Notes: generated by a model from the letters alone, not told the origin. A stretch of DNA of 64,000 bases from an uncultured Chloroflexia bacterium (GCA_963819655.1 CAWFXA010000002.1:864001-928000), one strand, 5' to 3'. Positions 51,097 through 62,073 are shown, counted from the stretch's first letter. Numbers and translations are program-made.

Positions 51097-51968
51097 CAGA
51101 GGACCTTGGCGAATGCCGGCTCGACGCGCTTGAAGAAGAGCGTCGTCAGGCAGAGGAGGACGAGTGACCCGAGCAGGACGGTTCCGAGCGCCGTCCAGTC
51201 CGGGAGCTGTCCGTCGTAGATGACCGCCCGGTACGCCGTGAACAGCGTCGCCCACGGGTTCAGCGTGAGGAGCCGCTGGATGATCGGGTATGACTCGGTC
51301 GCCGGCGATCAGCTGATCGAGTGAGAAGAGCGCCGGCGAGAGGTAGAACCACAGGCGCAGCACGTGGCGCGACAGGTTGCCGACGTCGCGGTAGAACACG
51401 TTGACCGCCGCAAGGAGGATCGTCAGCGCGAGGTTGAACACGAGCTGGACGACCGCCACGACCGGGATGAGGAGCAGCGTCAGCTCGATCCGGTCGCGGA
51501 AGAACAGCAGCATCAGCGCGAACAGCGGGATGAGCCCGAACGCGAAGTTGACGATGCCGGCCATCGACCGCCGCGACCGGCAGGACGAGCTTGGGGAACT
51601 TGATCTGGCGGATCGAGCCGTTCCGCGCCCGAGACCGACGTGATGCCGTCCTGGATCGATCGTCTGGAACCACTTCCACGGCAGGATCGCGGCGAGGATG
51701 AAGAGCGGATAGTCCGGTCCGCCGCGCTGGAAGATGACCGACACGAGGACGACGTAGACGGCCATCTGGAGGAGCGGGTCGAGCACCCACCACAGGTTGC
51801 CGAGGAGCGTGTCGGCGCCCTTCTTGTGCAGGTCCGCCTGGACCAGGTACCGCGATCAGCCGCCGTCGACCGAGGACCTCGACGACGGCCTCGCGCAGCG
51901 ACCCGAGCGGGCCCGGGACGGGCGGCACTGCTCCGAAAATGGGTGGGGACTTCCGCGCTCAGGTCCAT
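51096..51968 (-). pseudogene. wzm: polysaccharide ABC exporter permease, several frameshifts
   Basis: LGNLWWVLDPL, QIKFPK, VFYRDV, WFYLSP, ..FAKVL* distributed over frames. Confidence 0.82.
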
Positions 51969-52028
51969 CGGCAGCGGAGGGTAACACGGGGTGTCCGCGC
52001 GACCCGGTGCGGTACGCTCCGCCCGCTC

Positions 52029-53268
52029 ATGGAGCGCCCACCGACCGTGCCGACCGCCGCGCCGCGGCGCATCGCGATGCTCACCCACTCCTACTACGAG
52101 GAGGATCCGCGGGTTCGGCGCGAGGCCGAGACGCTCGCCGCGGCGGGTCACCCGTCGAGGTCTTCGCCCTCCGCCGACCGACGGACACCGAGCGCGAGAC
52201 CATCGCCAGCGTCGACGTCCGCCGGCTCGGCGTCCAGCGCCACCAGGGCGCATCGCTCGCGGTCGTACCTGCGCGAGTACCTGTCGTTCTTCGTCCGATC
52301 GGGTGTCGCGCTGACGCGCGCCCATTCTCGGCGGCGATTCGCGCTCGTCCAGGTCCACACGCTGCCGGACTTCCTCGTCTTCGCGACCGTGCCGCTCCGA
52401 CTGACCGGTGTGCCCGTCATCCTCGACCTGCACGAGGCGATGCCGGAGTTCTTCGGGAGCCGCTTTCGCGGCCGTAGCCGGAGGATCGGGCGCTGGCTGC
52501 TGGGGGTGCAGGAGCGGCTCGCGTGCCGCTACGCCAGCGCCGTGGTGACCGTGAACGATGCCCTCGCCGACCGGCTGCTCGAGATGGGCGTGCCGCCTGC
52601 CAAGCTCTCGATCGTCCCGAACGCGCCATCCCTTGCACGGTTCTCCGCGGACCCGTATCCACCGCGTCCGTTCATGGTGGACGGGTCGCTCCGGCTCGTC
52701 TACGCCGGGGCGCTGAGCCCGATCTACGAGCTCGATGTCGTCCTCGACGCAGTGGCCATGCTTCGCGAGCGCGACCCCGCCCTCGACGTGCGCCTCGACC
52801 TCTACGGTCGCGACTTCGAGGAGGTGCCGCTGCGCGACCAGGCCGCCCGACTGGGCATCGCGGACCGCGTCGACATTCCACGGCCGGATCCCGGTCGACG
52901 AGGTGCCCGCCGCGATCGCCGCCGCCGACATCGGTCTGGCCCCGACGCGGCGCTCGACCTTCACGGACTACTCCCTGTCCACCAAGGCCTTCGAGTACGC
53001 CGCGATGGCCCGGCCCGTGGTCGCGTCGCGCCTGCCGATGGTCGAGCGGTCGTTCGGCGACGACGTGGTGACGTACGAGCCCGGTGACGCCGACGACCTC
53101 GCCACGGCCATCCGTCGGGTCGTGGACGTCGCGGCCGACCGGGACGCGCGAGTCGCTCGCGCGCTGGACCGCGTCCGGGGCCGGTCGTGGGAGGTCGAGG
53201 GGGCGCGCTACCTGGCGCTCGTGGACCGGCTGACGGCCGCTCGCGACCCAGTTTCGGACGCCGGCTAG
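52029..53268 (+). pseudogene. GT4 glycosyltransferase, frameshifts near 52155, 52262 and 52876
   Basis: DPRVRREA, LDLHE, STKAFEYAAMARPVVAS in different frames. Confidence 0.82.
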
Positions 53269-53386
53269 CGGCGGGCGGTCCCGGTAGGCCGAGCCAGAGC
53301 GGACAGTACGGTACGATACCGGCCGCCCATGACGTTCCCGGCCCTTTATCGGCCGTGCCATCTTTGCCATCAGGATCCACACCCGA

Positions 53387-55123
53387 ATGACGTTCCGTGC
53401 CAGGCCGGTCGTGAAGCGCTTCCAGCGACCATCGTGGGACAGCCGCGACCGCCGTAACTTCTACCTCAACCTGGGCTTCGGCCTCGCGGTCCTCGCCGCG
53501 CTCCTGATCCTCGGCGCAGCCGTCGCGCTGAGCTACTACAACGACCACCTGGTCCCGGTCGGCAGCGTCGACGGCCAGTCGATCACGAGGGACGATCTGC
53601 GTGACCGTGCCGAAGTCGAGGACTGGCGGCTCCAGATCGCGCAGCGGCGCATCAACACCCAGGCCGCCGCGGAGCGTTTGACCCAGGCCCAGGCCGAAGT
53701 CCAGTCGCAGGTCGTGCAGCAGCAACGCCAGCAGCTGCTGCCGTTCTCGCTCGAGCGCATCATCGACAACCGGATCCAGGCGAAGCTGGCGACCGAGGAG
53801 GGCGTCACGGTGTCCGACGCCGACATCGACGCACGGCTCGTCGAGGAGGCCACCACCCCCGAGGCGCGCCACTCCTGGCAGATCGAGGTCAAGCCCGTCA
53901 CCGACAGCGGCGCCAGCGCGCCGACCGCCGAACAGGTCGCGGCCGCCCGAACGACGATCGAGAAGGCCCTCGCCGACATCAAGGGCGGCAAGAGCTGGGA
54001 CGACATCGCCAAGGTCGTCTCGACCGATTCCGCGAGCGCCCCGCAGGCCGGCGATCTCGGTTGGCTGACAAAGGACGACCAGCAGACCGACGAAGCCTTC
54101 CTCACAGCCCTGTTCGGTGCGACCGTGAACGCGCCGACCGACGTCATCGAGGGCGCGGACGGGATCTTCCGCATCGGCCGGGTGACCGAGATCGAGGCTG
54201 AGGCAGTCGACGCCGCATACACCGACACGCTCGTCAACGACGGCGTCGATCTCTCCAAATACCGCGAGGTCGTGCGTGGCGATGTCGTCCGCAAGAAGCT
54301 CGAGGACAAGCTCGTTGCCGATGCCTCGCAGCCTGCTCCACAGCGCGAGACCGCCGAGATCTACCTGAGCCAGGAGACGGCCAACCTGCCGGCCGACGCG
54401 GTCAAGGTCCGCCACATCCTCTTCTCGCCGAAGGACGATCCGAGCGCGGCGCAGGCCGGCGAGATCCCCGCGGACGACCCGTCATGGGGCCAGGCAAAGC
54501 TCGATGCCGACGCCGCCTACGCCCGGCTCAAAGGCGACGTCGACGGGTTCGACGCGCTGGCCCGCGAGGTGAGCGACGAGGAGAGCGCCCTCGGACCCGA
54601 CGGCACCGGCGGCGTCCTTGATGCGTACATCAGCGCCGACAGCGGCTTCGTCGAGTCCTTCACGAAGCCGATCCTCGATGCCAAGCCGACCGACGGCCAG
54701 CTCCTGCCCCCGATCAAGACCGAATTCGGGTACCACATCGTGCAGGTGATCAGCCACGCCCCGGACCTCGCCCAGATCAAGCAGCGGATCGATCGGGGCG
54801 CAGATTTCGCGGCGATCGCCCGCGAGCTGTCGGAAGGCGCCGAGGCGAGCCGCGGCGGGGAGCTCGGCTGGGTCGCCAAGGGCCAGCTCGACGAGCGGCT
54901 CACCAGCGCGATCTTCGCAGCGTCGATCGGCAAGACCTCGGACATCGTCACCGTCGAGGAAGACGGTCAGTATCTCTACAAGGTCGTGGCCGAAGAGGTG
55001 CGTACACCCGAGGGGCGCCAGCTCGAGGAGATCCGGTCGCGGGTGTTCGGCGACTGGTATCAACCCAAGAAGGACGCCGTGACCATCGTGCGCGACGAGG
55101 CGATCACCGGGGGCGCGGGCTAG
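53387..55123 (+). CDS. membrane-anchored parvulin-type peptidyl-prolyl isomerase (PrsA/SurA-like)
   Basis: N-terminal TM, SurA-N-like region, GDLGW, VRHIL, TEFGYHI, GGELGW. Confidence 0.88.
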   Translation: MTFRARPVVKRFQRPSWDSRDRRNFYLNLGFGLAVLAALLILGAAVALSYYNDHLVPVGSVDGQSITRDDLRDRAEVEDWRLQIAQRRINTQAAAERLTQAQAEVQSQVVQQQRQQLLPFSLERIIDNRIQAKLATEEGVTVSDADIDARLVEEATTPEARHSWQIEVKPVTDSGASAPTAEQVAAARTTIEKALADIKGGKSWDDIAKVVSTDSASAPQAGDLGWLTKDDQQTDEAFLTALFGATVNAPTDVIEGADGIFRIGRVTEIEAEAVDAAYTDTLVNDGVDLSKYREVVRGDVVRKKLEDKLVADASQPAPQRETAEIYLSQETANLPADAVKVRHILFSPKDDPSAAQAGEIPADDPSWGQAKLDADAAYARLKGDVDGFDALAREVSDEESALGPDGTGGVLDAYISADSGFVESFTKPILDAKPTDGQLLPPIKTEFGYHIVQVISHAPDLAQIKQRIDRGADFAAIARELSEGAEASRGGELGWVAKGQLDERLTSAIFAASIGKTSDIVTVEEDGQYLYKVVAEEVRTPEGRQLEEIRSRVFGDWYQPKKDAVTIVRDEAITGGAG

Positions 55124-55133
55124 CGGCCCGGAG

Positions 55134-56306
55134 GTGCTGGACGCCCTCGTCACCGAGGCGCGACTCCGGTTCGGCCTCGATCCGGCGGCCGGCCTCCAGA
55201 TCGTCGCGGCCGAGCGCCTCATCGGCACGCCGCTGGAGGCGTCGCGACCCGCCCTCGTGGTGCCGCTCGTGATGCTCCGACCCGCCGGCCGTGCGGCCGC
55301 GGCTGATGCCGCATCCGCTCCGGCACCGCTCCCTGGGCGACACGGCCCGCGCGGGCGCCGGGCGCTCGACGTGCTGATGCGCGCCTACCCGCTCGATCAC
55401 CCCGTCGGTCGGTTCGGGACGGCCGCTGCGACGACGATCGGCGGACTGTCGGACGATGACCTGGCCGCGCCCTTCTATCTGGCGCCCCTCGCCGCCGAGG
55501 CGGCGGTCTTCGGTCCGTGGGCGATGCCCGCCATCAGCGACCGCCTGCGGGCGCCGGACGGTTGCCCGTGGGATCGCGAGCAGACCCATCAGACCCTGCG
55601 CAGCCACCTCCTCGAGGAGGCGTACGAGGTGTACGACGCGCTCGAGGCGGGTGCCACGCCCGAGCTCGCGGGCGAGCTCGGCGACCTGTGGCTCCAGATC
55701 GTGCTCCACGCGCAGCTCGCGGCAGAGGCCGGCGTGTTCGACCTGGCCGACGTCGAGGCGGCGATCGCGACCAAGATCGTCCGGCGCCATCCGCACGTGT
55801 TCGGGGATGCCGAGGCGCGCACCGCCACGGACGTCAACCGGCAATGGGAGCGGATCAAGGCCGCTGAGCGCGAGGGCGAGGCCGACGGCTCAAGCGCGAA
55901 GGGGGCGCTGGACGGGATCTCGGCCTCGTTGCCGGCGCTCGCGGCAAGCCAGGAGATGCAGGAGCGAGCCGCCAACATCGGCTACGACTGGCCATCGATC
56001 GAGGGTGTGCTCGACAAGGTCGTCGAGGAGACCGACGAGCTGCGCGAGGCAGCCGACGACGGCGCCGACCCGGGGGCATGGGCAGAGGAGTTCGGCGACT
56101 TGCTGTTCGTGCTCGTCAACGTGGCGCGCAAGCGCGGCATCGAGGCCGAGGCCGCCGTCCGCGCCGCGAATGCCAAGTTCCGCCGCAGGTTCGGCCGGGT
56201 TGAATCGATGGCGGCAGCCCGCGGGGTCGCCCTGCGCGACCTGGATTTCGCGGCTCTCGACGATCTGTGGGATGCAGCCAAGGCGGAGGAGAGGACGACG
56301 ACATGA
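55134..56306 (+). CDS. mazG: nucleoside triphosphate pyrophosphohydrolase MazG
   Basis: [42 protein letters not shown]. Confidence 0.93.
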   Translation: MLDALVTEARLRFGLDPAAGLQIVAAERLIGTPLEASRPALVVPLVMLRPAGRAAAADAASAPAPLPGRHGPRGRRALDVLMRAYPLDHPVGRFGTAAATTIGGLSDDDLAAPFYLAPLAAEAAVFGPWAMPAISDRLRAPDGCPWDREQTHQTLRSHLLEEAYEVYDALEAGATPELAGELGDLWLQIVLHAQLAAEAGVFDLADVEAAIATKIVRRHPHVFGDAEARTATDVNRQWERIKAAEREGEADGSSAKGALDGISASLPALAASQEMQERAANIGYDWPSIEGVLDKVVEETDELREAADDGADPGAWAEEFGDLLFVLVNVARKRGIEAEAAVRAANAKFRRRFGRVESMAAARGVALRDLDFAALDDLWDAAKAEERTTT

Positions 56307-57037
56307 CGATCGGCAATCCACCCACGACCCGTGCCGACGGCCGCGCCCCGCGCGACCTGCGCCCGATCAGCTTCCAGCTCGGCGTCCAGAAATGGGCCGA
56401 GGGGTCGTGCCTCGTTCGCTTCGGCGATACGCAGGTCCTGTGCGCGGCCACGATCGCCGATCGCGTCCCGCCGCACCTCCGCGGCAAGGGCACCGGCTGG
56501 GTGACCGCCGAGTACTCGATGCTGCCGCGCGCCACCGCCGAGCGGACCGACCGCGAATCGGCCAAGGGGCGGATCGGCGGGCGGACGCACGAGATCCAGC
56601 GGCTCATCGGCCGGTCGCTGCGCGGCGTCGTCGACCTGTCACGGCTCGGCGAGCGCACGGTGACCGTCGACTGCGACGTGCTCCAGGCCGACGGAGGGAC
56701 GCGGACGGCGTCGATCACCGGTGGGTACGTCGCGCTCGGGGCGGCGCTCATCACGTACGGCATGGAGCGCCTGCTGACCTCCAAGGTGGCGGCGGTGTCG
56801 GTCGGGATCGTCGAGGGTGCCACGTATCTCGACCTCGACTACAGCGAGGATTCGCGGGCGGAGGTCGACATGAACGTCGTCGGCACGGACGCCGGGACGT
56901 ACGTCGAGCTGCAGGGCACGGCCGAGGGGCAGCCGTTCGACAGGGCCGCGATGACGTCGATGCTCGATCTCGCCGACGAGGGACTGGCCCGGCTGTTCGC
57001 CGCCCAGACCGAGGTGCTCGCCACGGTCAAACGGTGA
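56303..57037 (+). CDS. rph: ribonuclease PH
   Basis: [47 protein letters not shown]. Confidence 0.97.
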   Translation: MTIGNPPTTRADGRAPRDLRPISFQLGVQKWAEGSCLVRFGDTQVLCAATIADRVPPHLRGKGTGWVTAEYSMLPRATAERTDRESAKGRIGGRTHEIQRLIGRSLRGVVDLSRLGERTVTVDCDVLQADGGTRTASITGGYVALGAALITYGMERLLTSKVAAVSVGIVEGATYLDLDYSEDSRAEVDMNVVGTDAGTYVELQGTAEGQPFDRAAMTSMLDLADEGLARLFAAQTEVLATVKR

Positions 57038-57039
57038 CG

Positions 57040-57646
57040 ATGGGCCGCCTGCTCATCGCGACACGGAGCGAGCACAAGCTGCGCGAACTGCGCGAGCTGC
57101 TCGACCTCCCGCGGGCGGAGCTCGTGTCCCTCGACGAGCTGGGCGTGGCCGGCGACCCGGTCGAGGACGGCGTGACGTTCGAGGCCAATGCCGCCATCAA
57201 GGCACGGTTCGGGCTGGACGCGACCGGGCTGCCGACACTCGCCGACGACTCGGGGCTCGAGGTCGACGCGCTCGATGGTGGGCCGGGCGTGCGGACGCGT
57301 CGGTACGCCGGCGAGGATGCGACCGACGCGCAGAACAACGCCAAGCTGCTCGCATCTCTCGCCGGTCTCGCCGCCCGATCGACGCGGAGCTGGCTATGTC
57401 TGCGTGCTCGCGCTGGCCATGCCCGGCGCGCCCGTGGACCTCGCCCGGGGGACGTGCCGCGGTCGGATCGCGACAGAGCCGCGGGGAACCGCCGGTTTCG
57501 GCTACGACCCGATCTTCGAACCGGAGGGCGAGCCACCCGGCGGCCGCACGTTCGGGCTGTGGACGCCGGAGGAGAAGAACAGCATCTCGCACCGGGCGCG
57601 GGCCGCTCGCCAGATGGCGCCGCGCCTGACGGCGCTCGGGTTCTGA
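57040..57646 (+). pseudogene. rdgB: non-canonical purine NTP pyrophosphatase RdgB/HAM1, frameshift near 57370
   Basis: ADDSGL and GGPGV in one frame; GFGYDPIF and KNSISHR in the next. Confidence 0.88.
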
Positions 57647-58215
57647 TGCGCATCTGCGTCTTCTGTGGCGCGAGCCCCGGCAAGGATCCGCGCTACGTGG
57701 CCGCGGCGCGCGAGGTCGGGGAGGGCCTCGCCCGGCGTGGCATCGGCCTGGTCTACGGCGGCGGTCGGGTCGGGTTGATGGGTGCCGTCGCCGAGGCGGC
57801 GCTGGCGGCCGGCGGCGAGGTGATCGGCGTGATCCCGCAGGGCCTCGTCGATCGCGAGCTGGCGCACCCGGGTCTCACGGAGCTGCATATCGTGGACACG
57901 CTTCACGAGCGCAAGGCGATCATGGCCGACCTGGCCGACGCGTTCATCGCGCTGCCCGGCGGCCTGGGCACGCTCGAGGAGCTCGCCGAGGTCGTGTCGT
58001 GGGCGCAGCTCGAGCTGCACGCGAAGCCGATCGGGCTGCTCGAGGTCGGCGACTACTGGACGCTGCTGCTGGCATGGCTCGACATGGCGGTCGCCGAGGG
58101 TTTCGTGGCGCCCGCCCATCGGCGTCTCGTGACACGCGGAGAATCGCTCGAGGCGCTGCTGGCGGCCTTCGCCGCGTGGCAGCCACCGCCGGGTCGCTGG
58201 GAGGCTGGTCCCTAG
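57646..58215 (+). CDS. LOG family protein (TIGR00730-type)
   Basis: [32 protein letters not shown]. Confidence 0.93.
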   Translation: MRICVFCGASPGKDPRYVAAAREVGEGLARRGIGLVYGGGRVGLMGAVAEAALAAGGEVIGVIPQGLVDRELAHPGLTELHIVDTLHERKAIMADLADAFIALPGGLGTLEELAEVVSWAQLELHAKPIGLLEVGDYWTLLLAWLDMAVAEGFVAPAHRRLVTRGESLEALLAAFAAWQPPPGRWEAGP

Positions 58216-59558
58216 GGCGAGGGTTTCGGCGTCGGCCACGGCTCCGGTGCGCCACCCGGCTGCGGGAACAGCCTCGCCGCCACCTCGCGGATGGCCGGCA
58301 GGTCCGGCATCAGCGACGAGCCGTAGCGCGTGTCGACCGAGCGCACGAGCGGATGCCTGATCACGGCCCGGGTGATCCCGCCCGATCCCATCTCGTCGAT
58401 CGCGGCCGCGAGCTGGGGCAGCCGTTCGATCGGCAGGTCGGTCCGGATCGAGTCGCCGACCGCGCCGAGCAACCCGGGGAGCTCCCAGAACACGCTGCCG
58501 CCATCGGTGGCTGCGTTCTTCAACGCCACGATGATCTGTTGCTGGCGGCCGGCCCGGGTGAAGTCGCTCTCGCCGGCGGACTTTCGGCTACGCGCATAGG
58601 CCAGGGCATCGACTCCGCCGAGGTGGTGTTTGCCCGCGCTGATCGACCAGCCCCGCCCGTCGGCGCCGAAGCCGTCGTAGCCCGGGTCGTCGATCGCCTT
58701 CGCGACCGCGATGTCGACGCCGCCGACCGCATCGACCATGTGGATGAAGCCCTCGAACTCCATCGTCGCGTGGTAGTGGATCGGGATCCCGAGCAGCTCG
58801 CCGATCGCGTCCTGGAGCGTCCGGAGGCCGCCCTTCGGGAAGTCCGCCGGGTGGCGGTCGGCGTAGGACATCAGCGAGTTGAGCTTCGGCCCGAAGTCGT
58901 CGCCGCCACCGAGCGGCACGTTCACGAGGTCACGCGGCAGCGACACCATCGAGGCGGTCTTGCCGACCGGATCGAACGACACGACCATCATCGTGTCGGT
59001 CAGGACCGTCGTGCGACCCGGAGCGGCATCGACGCCGAGGACCAGGACGTTGAGGCGCTCCTCCGTGCCGGGTCCGGGAGGGGTGGGACCGCCGTCGGCC
59101 GCCTGGACCGGGGTCTGGAAGATCCGCGCGAATGCGTCACCGAACGCGGTGCCGTAGCGGTACACGGCGAGGTGCGGCAGCACGACGAGCAAGGCGATCA
59201 CCAGGCCGCCGACGATCCCGAGCCTGCCCGTGGGCCCGTGGCGACGCGTGTCGAGGAACGCCTGCCCGACTGCGACCAACCGCCACAGCAGGATCAGGAG
59301 GTTGAGGGTCAGCAACCCGCCGAGCGCCGCCGGCGCGACCGCCCAAGCCGCGATCCGGGTCGGCGTCTGGGTCGCCCAGACCAGCCCGACCACGATTGCG
59401 ACGAGGATCGATGGGATCAGGAAGAGGGCGGTGAGCCTGCGCCGTCGATTGAACGACTGACCGAGACCGGGAACGATGGCGGACAGGCCGGCGGCGAAGA
59501 GCCGGCGGCGGTCGATGGGTCCGGACTCCGGTGCGGTCCGGATCCGACGGGCGTGCAC
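58212..59558 (-). CDS. LCP (LytR-CpsA-Psr) family glycopolymer transferase
   Basis: TM N-terminus; [40 protein letters not shown]. Confidence 0.92.
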   Translation of the reverse strand: MHARRIRTAPESGPIDRRRLFAAGLSAIVPGLGQSFNRRRRLTALFLIPSILVAIVVGLVWATQTPTRIAAWAVAPAALGGLLTLNLLILLWRLVAVGQAFLDTRRHGPTGRLGIVGGLVIALLVVLPHLAVYRYGTAFGDAFARIFQTPVQAADGGPTPPGPGTEERLNVLVLGVDAAPGRTTVLTDTMMVVSFDPVGKTASMVSLPRDLVNVPLGGGDDFGPKLNSLMSYADRHPADFPKGGLRTLQDAIGELLGIPIHYHATMEFEGFIHMVDAVGGVDIAVAKAIDDPGYDGFGADGRGWSISAGKHHLGGVDALAYARSRKSAGESDFTRAGRQQQIIVALKNAATDGGSVFWELPGLLGAVGDSIRTDLPIERLPQLAAAIDEMGSGGITRAVIRHPLVRSVDTRYGSSLMPDLPAIREVAARLFPQPGGAPEPWPTPKPSP

Positions 59559-59748
59559 GACGGGCGAAATCCCCCTGTGATGGCCGAGTCCGCCCGAGTC
59601 TACCTGAGGCCGTCTCGGACGCGACATGGAGACGCCGGGCGGTCGATCAGCCTGCCAGTGACCACCCGGCGTCTGGGTCTACGACGTGCCGGGGCGGCCG
59701 GGAGTTACGCCGGGGCGCTTGGTTGACGCCCGTATGATGGCCCGGCGT

Positions 59749-60606
59749 ATGCAGATCGCAGTGACCGGCGGTAGCGGCAAGCTTGGCCGAGCGGTGGTCG
59801 ATGAGCTGCTGGCGCACGACTACCAGGTCATCAACCTGGATCGCGTGCCGTCGACGGACGACCGAGCGCGGTTCACGCGCGTCGACTTCACCGATTTCGG
59901 GCAGACGGCCGGCGCCCTGACGGCGGTCGACGATCGCCATGACGGTCTCGACGCGGTCGTGCATCTGGCGGCCATCCCGGGACCGGGCATGGTCCCCAAC
60001 GCCACGATCTTCGCGAATAACGTCATCTCGACGTACAACGTGTTCCAGGCCGCTCGGATGGCAGGGATCCGGAACGTGGTGTGGGCGTCGAGCGAGACCG
60101 TGCTTGGTCTGCCGTTCGACGTCCCGCCCGTCTACGTCCCGGTCGACGAGGATGTCCCGCTGCGGCCCGCGACGGCCTACTCCCTCGGCAAGACGCTCGA
60201 TGAGGAGATGGCGCGCCAGTTCTGCCGTTGGGATCCCGCGGCGAAGATGATCGCGCTGCGGTTCTCGAACGTGATGCAGCCGACCGACTACGCCGCGTTC
60301 GAGGGCTTCCAGGCCGACGCCACCGTGCGGAAGTGGAACCTGTGGTCGTACATCGACGCGCGGGACGGCGCCCAGGCCGTCCGACGTGCGCTGGAGCACG
60401 ACGCGACCGGCTTCGACGTCTTCATCATCGCGAGCCCGGACACCGTCATGCGGCGGCCCAACGCCGACTTGCTCGCGGAAGTCTTCCCGGGCGTGCCCCT
60501 GAAGCGCCCCGTCGAACCGAACGAGACGTTGCTCTCGATCGACAAGGCGCGTCGTGTCCTGGGCTACGCGCCGCGCTTCAGCTGGCGGGACGCGGTCAGA
60601 GCCTGA
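59749..60606 (+). CDS. NAD(P)-dependent oxidoreductase (extended SDR)
   Basis: VTGGSGKLG, HLAAIP, WASSE, YSLGK, LWSYIDARD. Confidence 0.9.
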   Translation: MQIAVTGGSGKLGRAVVDELLAHDYQVINLDRVPSTDDRARFTRVDFTDFGQTAGALTAVDDRHDGLDAVVHLAAIPGPGMVPNATIFANNVISTYNVFQAARMAGIRNVVWASSETVLGLPFDVPPVYVPVDEDVPLRPATAYSLGKTLDEEMARQFCRWDPAAKMIALRFSNVMQPTDYAAFEGFQADATVRKWNLWSYIDARDGAQAVRRALEHDATGFDVFIIASPDTVMRRPNADLLAEVFPGVPLKRPVEPNETLLSIDKARRVLGYAPRFSWRDAVRA

Positions 60607-60618
60607 GCCCGTATGCCG

Positions 60619-60849
60619 CTAGGCGGCGACTGCCGGGACCTCGACGATCGGCGTGTGTGTGTGGACAGGCGCCGTCACGGCCGCGAGCAGCCGCCCAACG
60701 CGACTCTCGCGTGGTTCGGTCAGCGTCGCGCAGTCGAGCCAGACGATCCCATCGCGCCACACTGCGGTCGTGTGGTTGCCGCAGGGGCACATCGGCTGTG
60801 CGTCACTGGCTCGTTCGATCAGGTCGACGATCATTCGGTCATCGTTCAT
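60619..60849 (-). CDS. 76-aa hypothetical protein with CxC...C...HxH
   Basis: Own TTGCAT-17-TAGGAT promoter and GGGAG RBS; PMCPCG...WLDC...HTH. Confidence 0.65.
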   Translation of the reverse strand: MNDDRMIVDLIERASDAQPMCPCGNHTTAVWRDGIVWLDCATLTEPRESRVGRLLAAVTAPVHTHTPIVEVPAVAA

Positions 60850-60873
60850 GTGGATGAGTGCTCCCGGAAGAAT

Positions 60874-60895
60874 GGATACGGTACGTTCCGTATCC
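60874..60895. promoter_or_regulatory. putative TetR operator 1
   Basis: GGATACGG-tacgtt-CCGTATCC palindrome overlapping the -10/start of the leftward promoter. Confidence 0.8.
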
Positions 60896-60920
60896 TACAG
60901 GCTCGCGCGAAAGTATGCAA
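60892..60920 (-). promoter_or_regulatory. sigma70-type promoter of the small gene
   Basis: TTGCAT (60920-60915), 17 nt, TAGGAT (60897-60892). Confidence 0.6.
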
Positions 60921-60964
60921 AGACGCGCCGCCTCGGAACGGTGGCAACGTCCGGGACGTCACGC

Positions 60965-60993
60965 TTGCCTTGATACGGTCCGTTCCGTATCAT
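60965..60993 (+). promoter_or_regulatory. tetR promoter with putative operator 2 in the spacer
   Basis: TTGCCT-17-TATCAT, 7 nt before ATG; TGATACGG-tccgtt-CCGTATCA at 60971-60992. Confidence 0.8.
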
Positions 60994-61000
60994 TACGGCC

Positions 61001-61648
61001 ATGGCACTCACCACCGTGGCCCGCAAGGGCCGACCGCGTAGCGACGAGGTCCACCGCAGGATCCTCGACGCGACCCGCGAGCTCCTGAGCGAGGACGGGT
61101 TCTCCGATCTCCGACTCGAGCATGTCGCGGCGCGGGCGGGCGTGGGCAAGGCGACCATCTACCGTCGTTGGGGCTCCAAGGAGGCCCTGGCGCAGGAACT
61201 GCTCGCCGAGCTCGCGGGTCCCCACATCGCGGTGGCGGTGACGGGCGACACGCGCGAGGAGCTCCTGGCGGCGGTCGTCAACCCGATGCGCGCCATCACT
61301 GACACGCCGTTCGGCCCGGTGATTCGGGCCTTGCTCTCGCAGATCGCCGTCAACCCGACGCTCGGCGACCCGTTCCGGGCGACGGTCGTGCAGGCACGCC
61401 GCGACGAGATCGCGCGCGTGATCGCACGTGGGGTCGCACGCGGCGACCTTCGTCAGGACGCGAAGGTGGACGTCGCCACCGAGCTCCTGGTCGGCCCGGT
61501 TTACTTCCGGTTGATGTTCGGCGGCGACCTTGACGATGCGTTTGCGGAACGAATCGTCGATGCCGTGCTCCGCGGGTACGGCGACACATCTCAGAAACCA
61601 CGCGGTGCCAGCGCTCGCGCTGCGCACAAGGAGACTTCACCAGCATGA
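61001..61648 (+). CDS. TetR/AcrR family regulator
   Basis: GRPRS, VAARAGVGKATIYRRWGSKE. Confidence 0.93.
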   Translation: MALTTVARKGRPRSDEVHRRILDATRELLSEDGFSDLRLEHVAARAGVGKATIYRRWGSKEALAQELLAELAGPHIAVAVTGDTREELLAAVVNPMRAITDTPFGPVIRALLSQIAVNPTLGDPFRATVVQARRDEIARVIARGVARGDLRQDAKVDVATELLVGPVYFRLMFGGDLDDAFAERIVDAVLRGYGDTSQKPRGASARAAHKETSPA

Positions 61649-62064
61649 AACAGCGAGACACCCTCGCCCAAGACACCCTCGCCCTCATCGCTCATGACGG
61701 CCGCAAAGCCGACCTGATCGCGTGGGCGACCTACAACCGCGAGCGGCTCTCCGGATTCGACCTCGTCGCCACGGCCACCACCGGAACGCTTCTGCGCGAC
61801 AAGGTCGGACTGAAGGTCGAGTCGGTCCTCTCGGGACCGATGGGCGGCGATGCCCAGATCGCGGCGATGGTCGCGGAAGGCCGCATCCGGGCGGTCTTCT
61901 TCTTCGTCGATCCGCTCAGCGCGCATCCGCACGACCCCGACATCCAGACCGTCATGCGGGTGTGCAACGTCCACGCCGTGCCGATCGCGACCAACGTCAC
62001 CGGCGCGGACCTGTTCCTGGCCTCGCCGCTGCTCCACACAGCGAAGGTGGCGCTGACAGCCTAG
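61645..62064 (+). CDS. mgsA: methylglyoxal synthase
   Basis: ALIAHD..K, ATATTG, SGPMGGDAQI, FFVDP..HPHDPDI, PIATN. Confidence 0.95.
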   Translation: MKQRDTLAQDTLALIAHDGRKADLIAWATYNRERLSGFDLVATATTGTLLRDKVGLKVESVLSGPMGGDAQIAAMVAEGRIRAVFFFVDPLSAHPHDPDIQTVMRVCNVHAVPIATNVTGADLFLASPLLHTAKVALTA

Positions 62065-62073
62065 CCGGCCAGC

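Noticed and set aside
53329-53457. Upstream ORF sharing ATGACGTTCC with the PPIase start
   Set aside because: Out of frame with no recognisable features; a 10-bp match may be chance
55456-58215. 919-aa ORF that looks like an RdgB-LOG fusion
   Set aside because: Produced by an open shadow frame plus the rdgB frameshift; LOG has its own ATG overlapping the true rdgB stop
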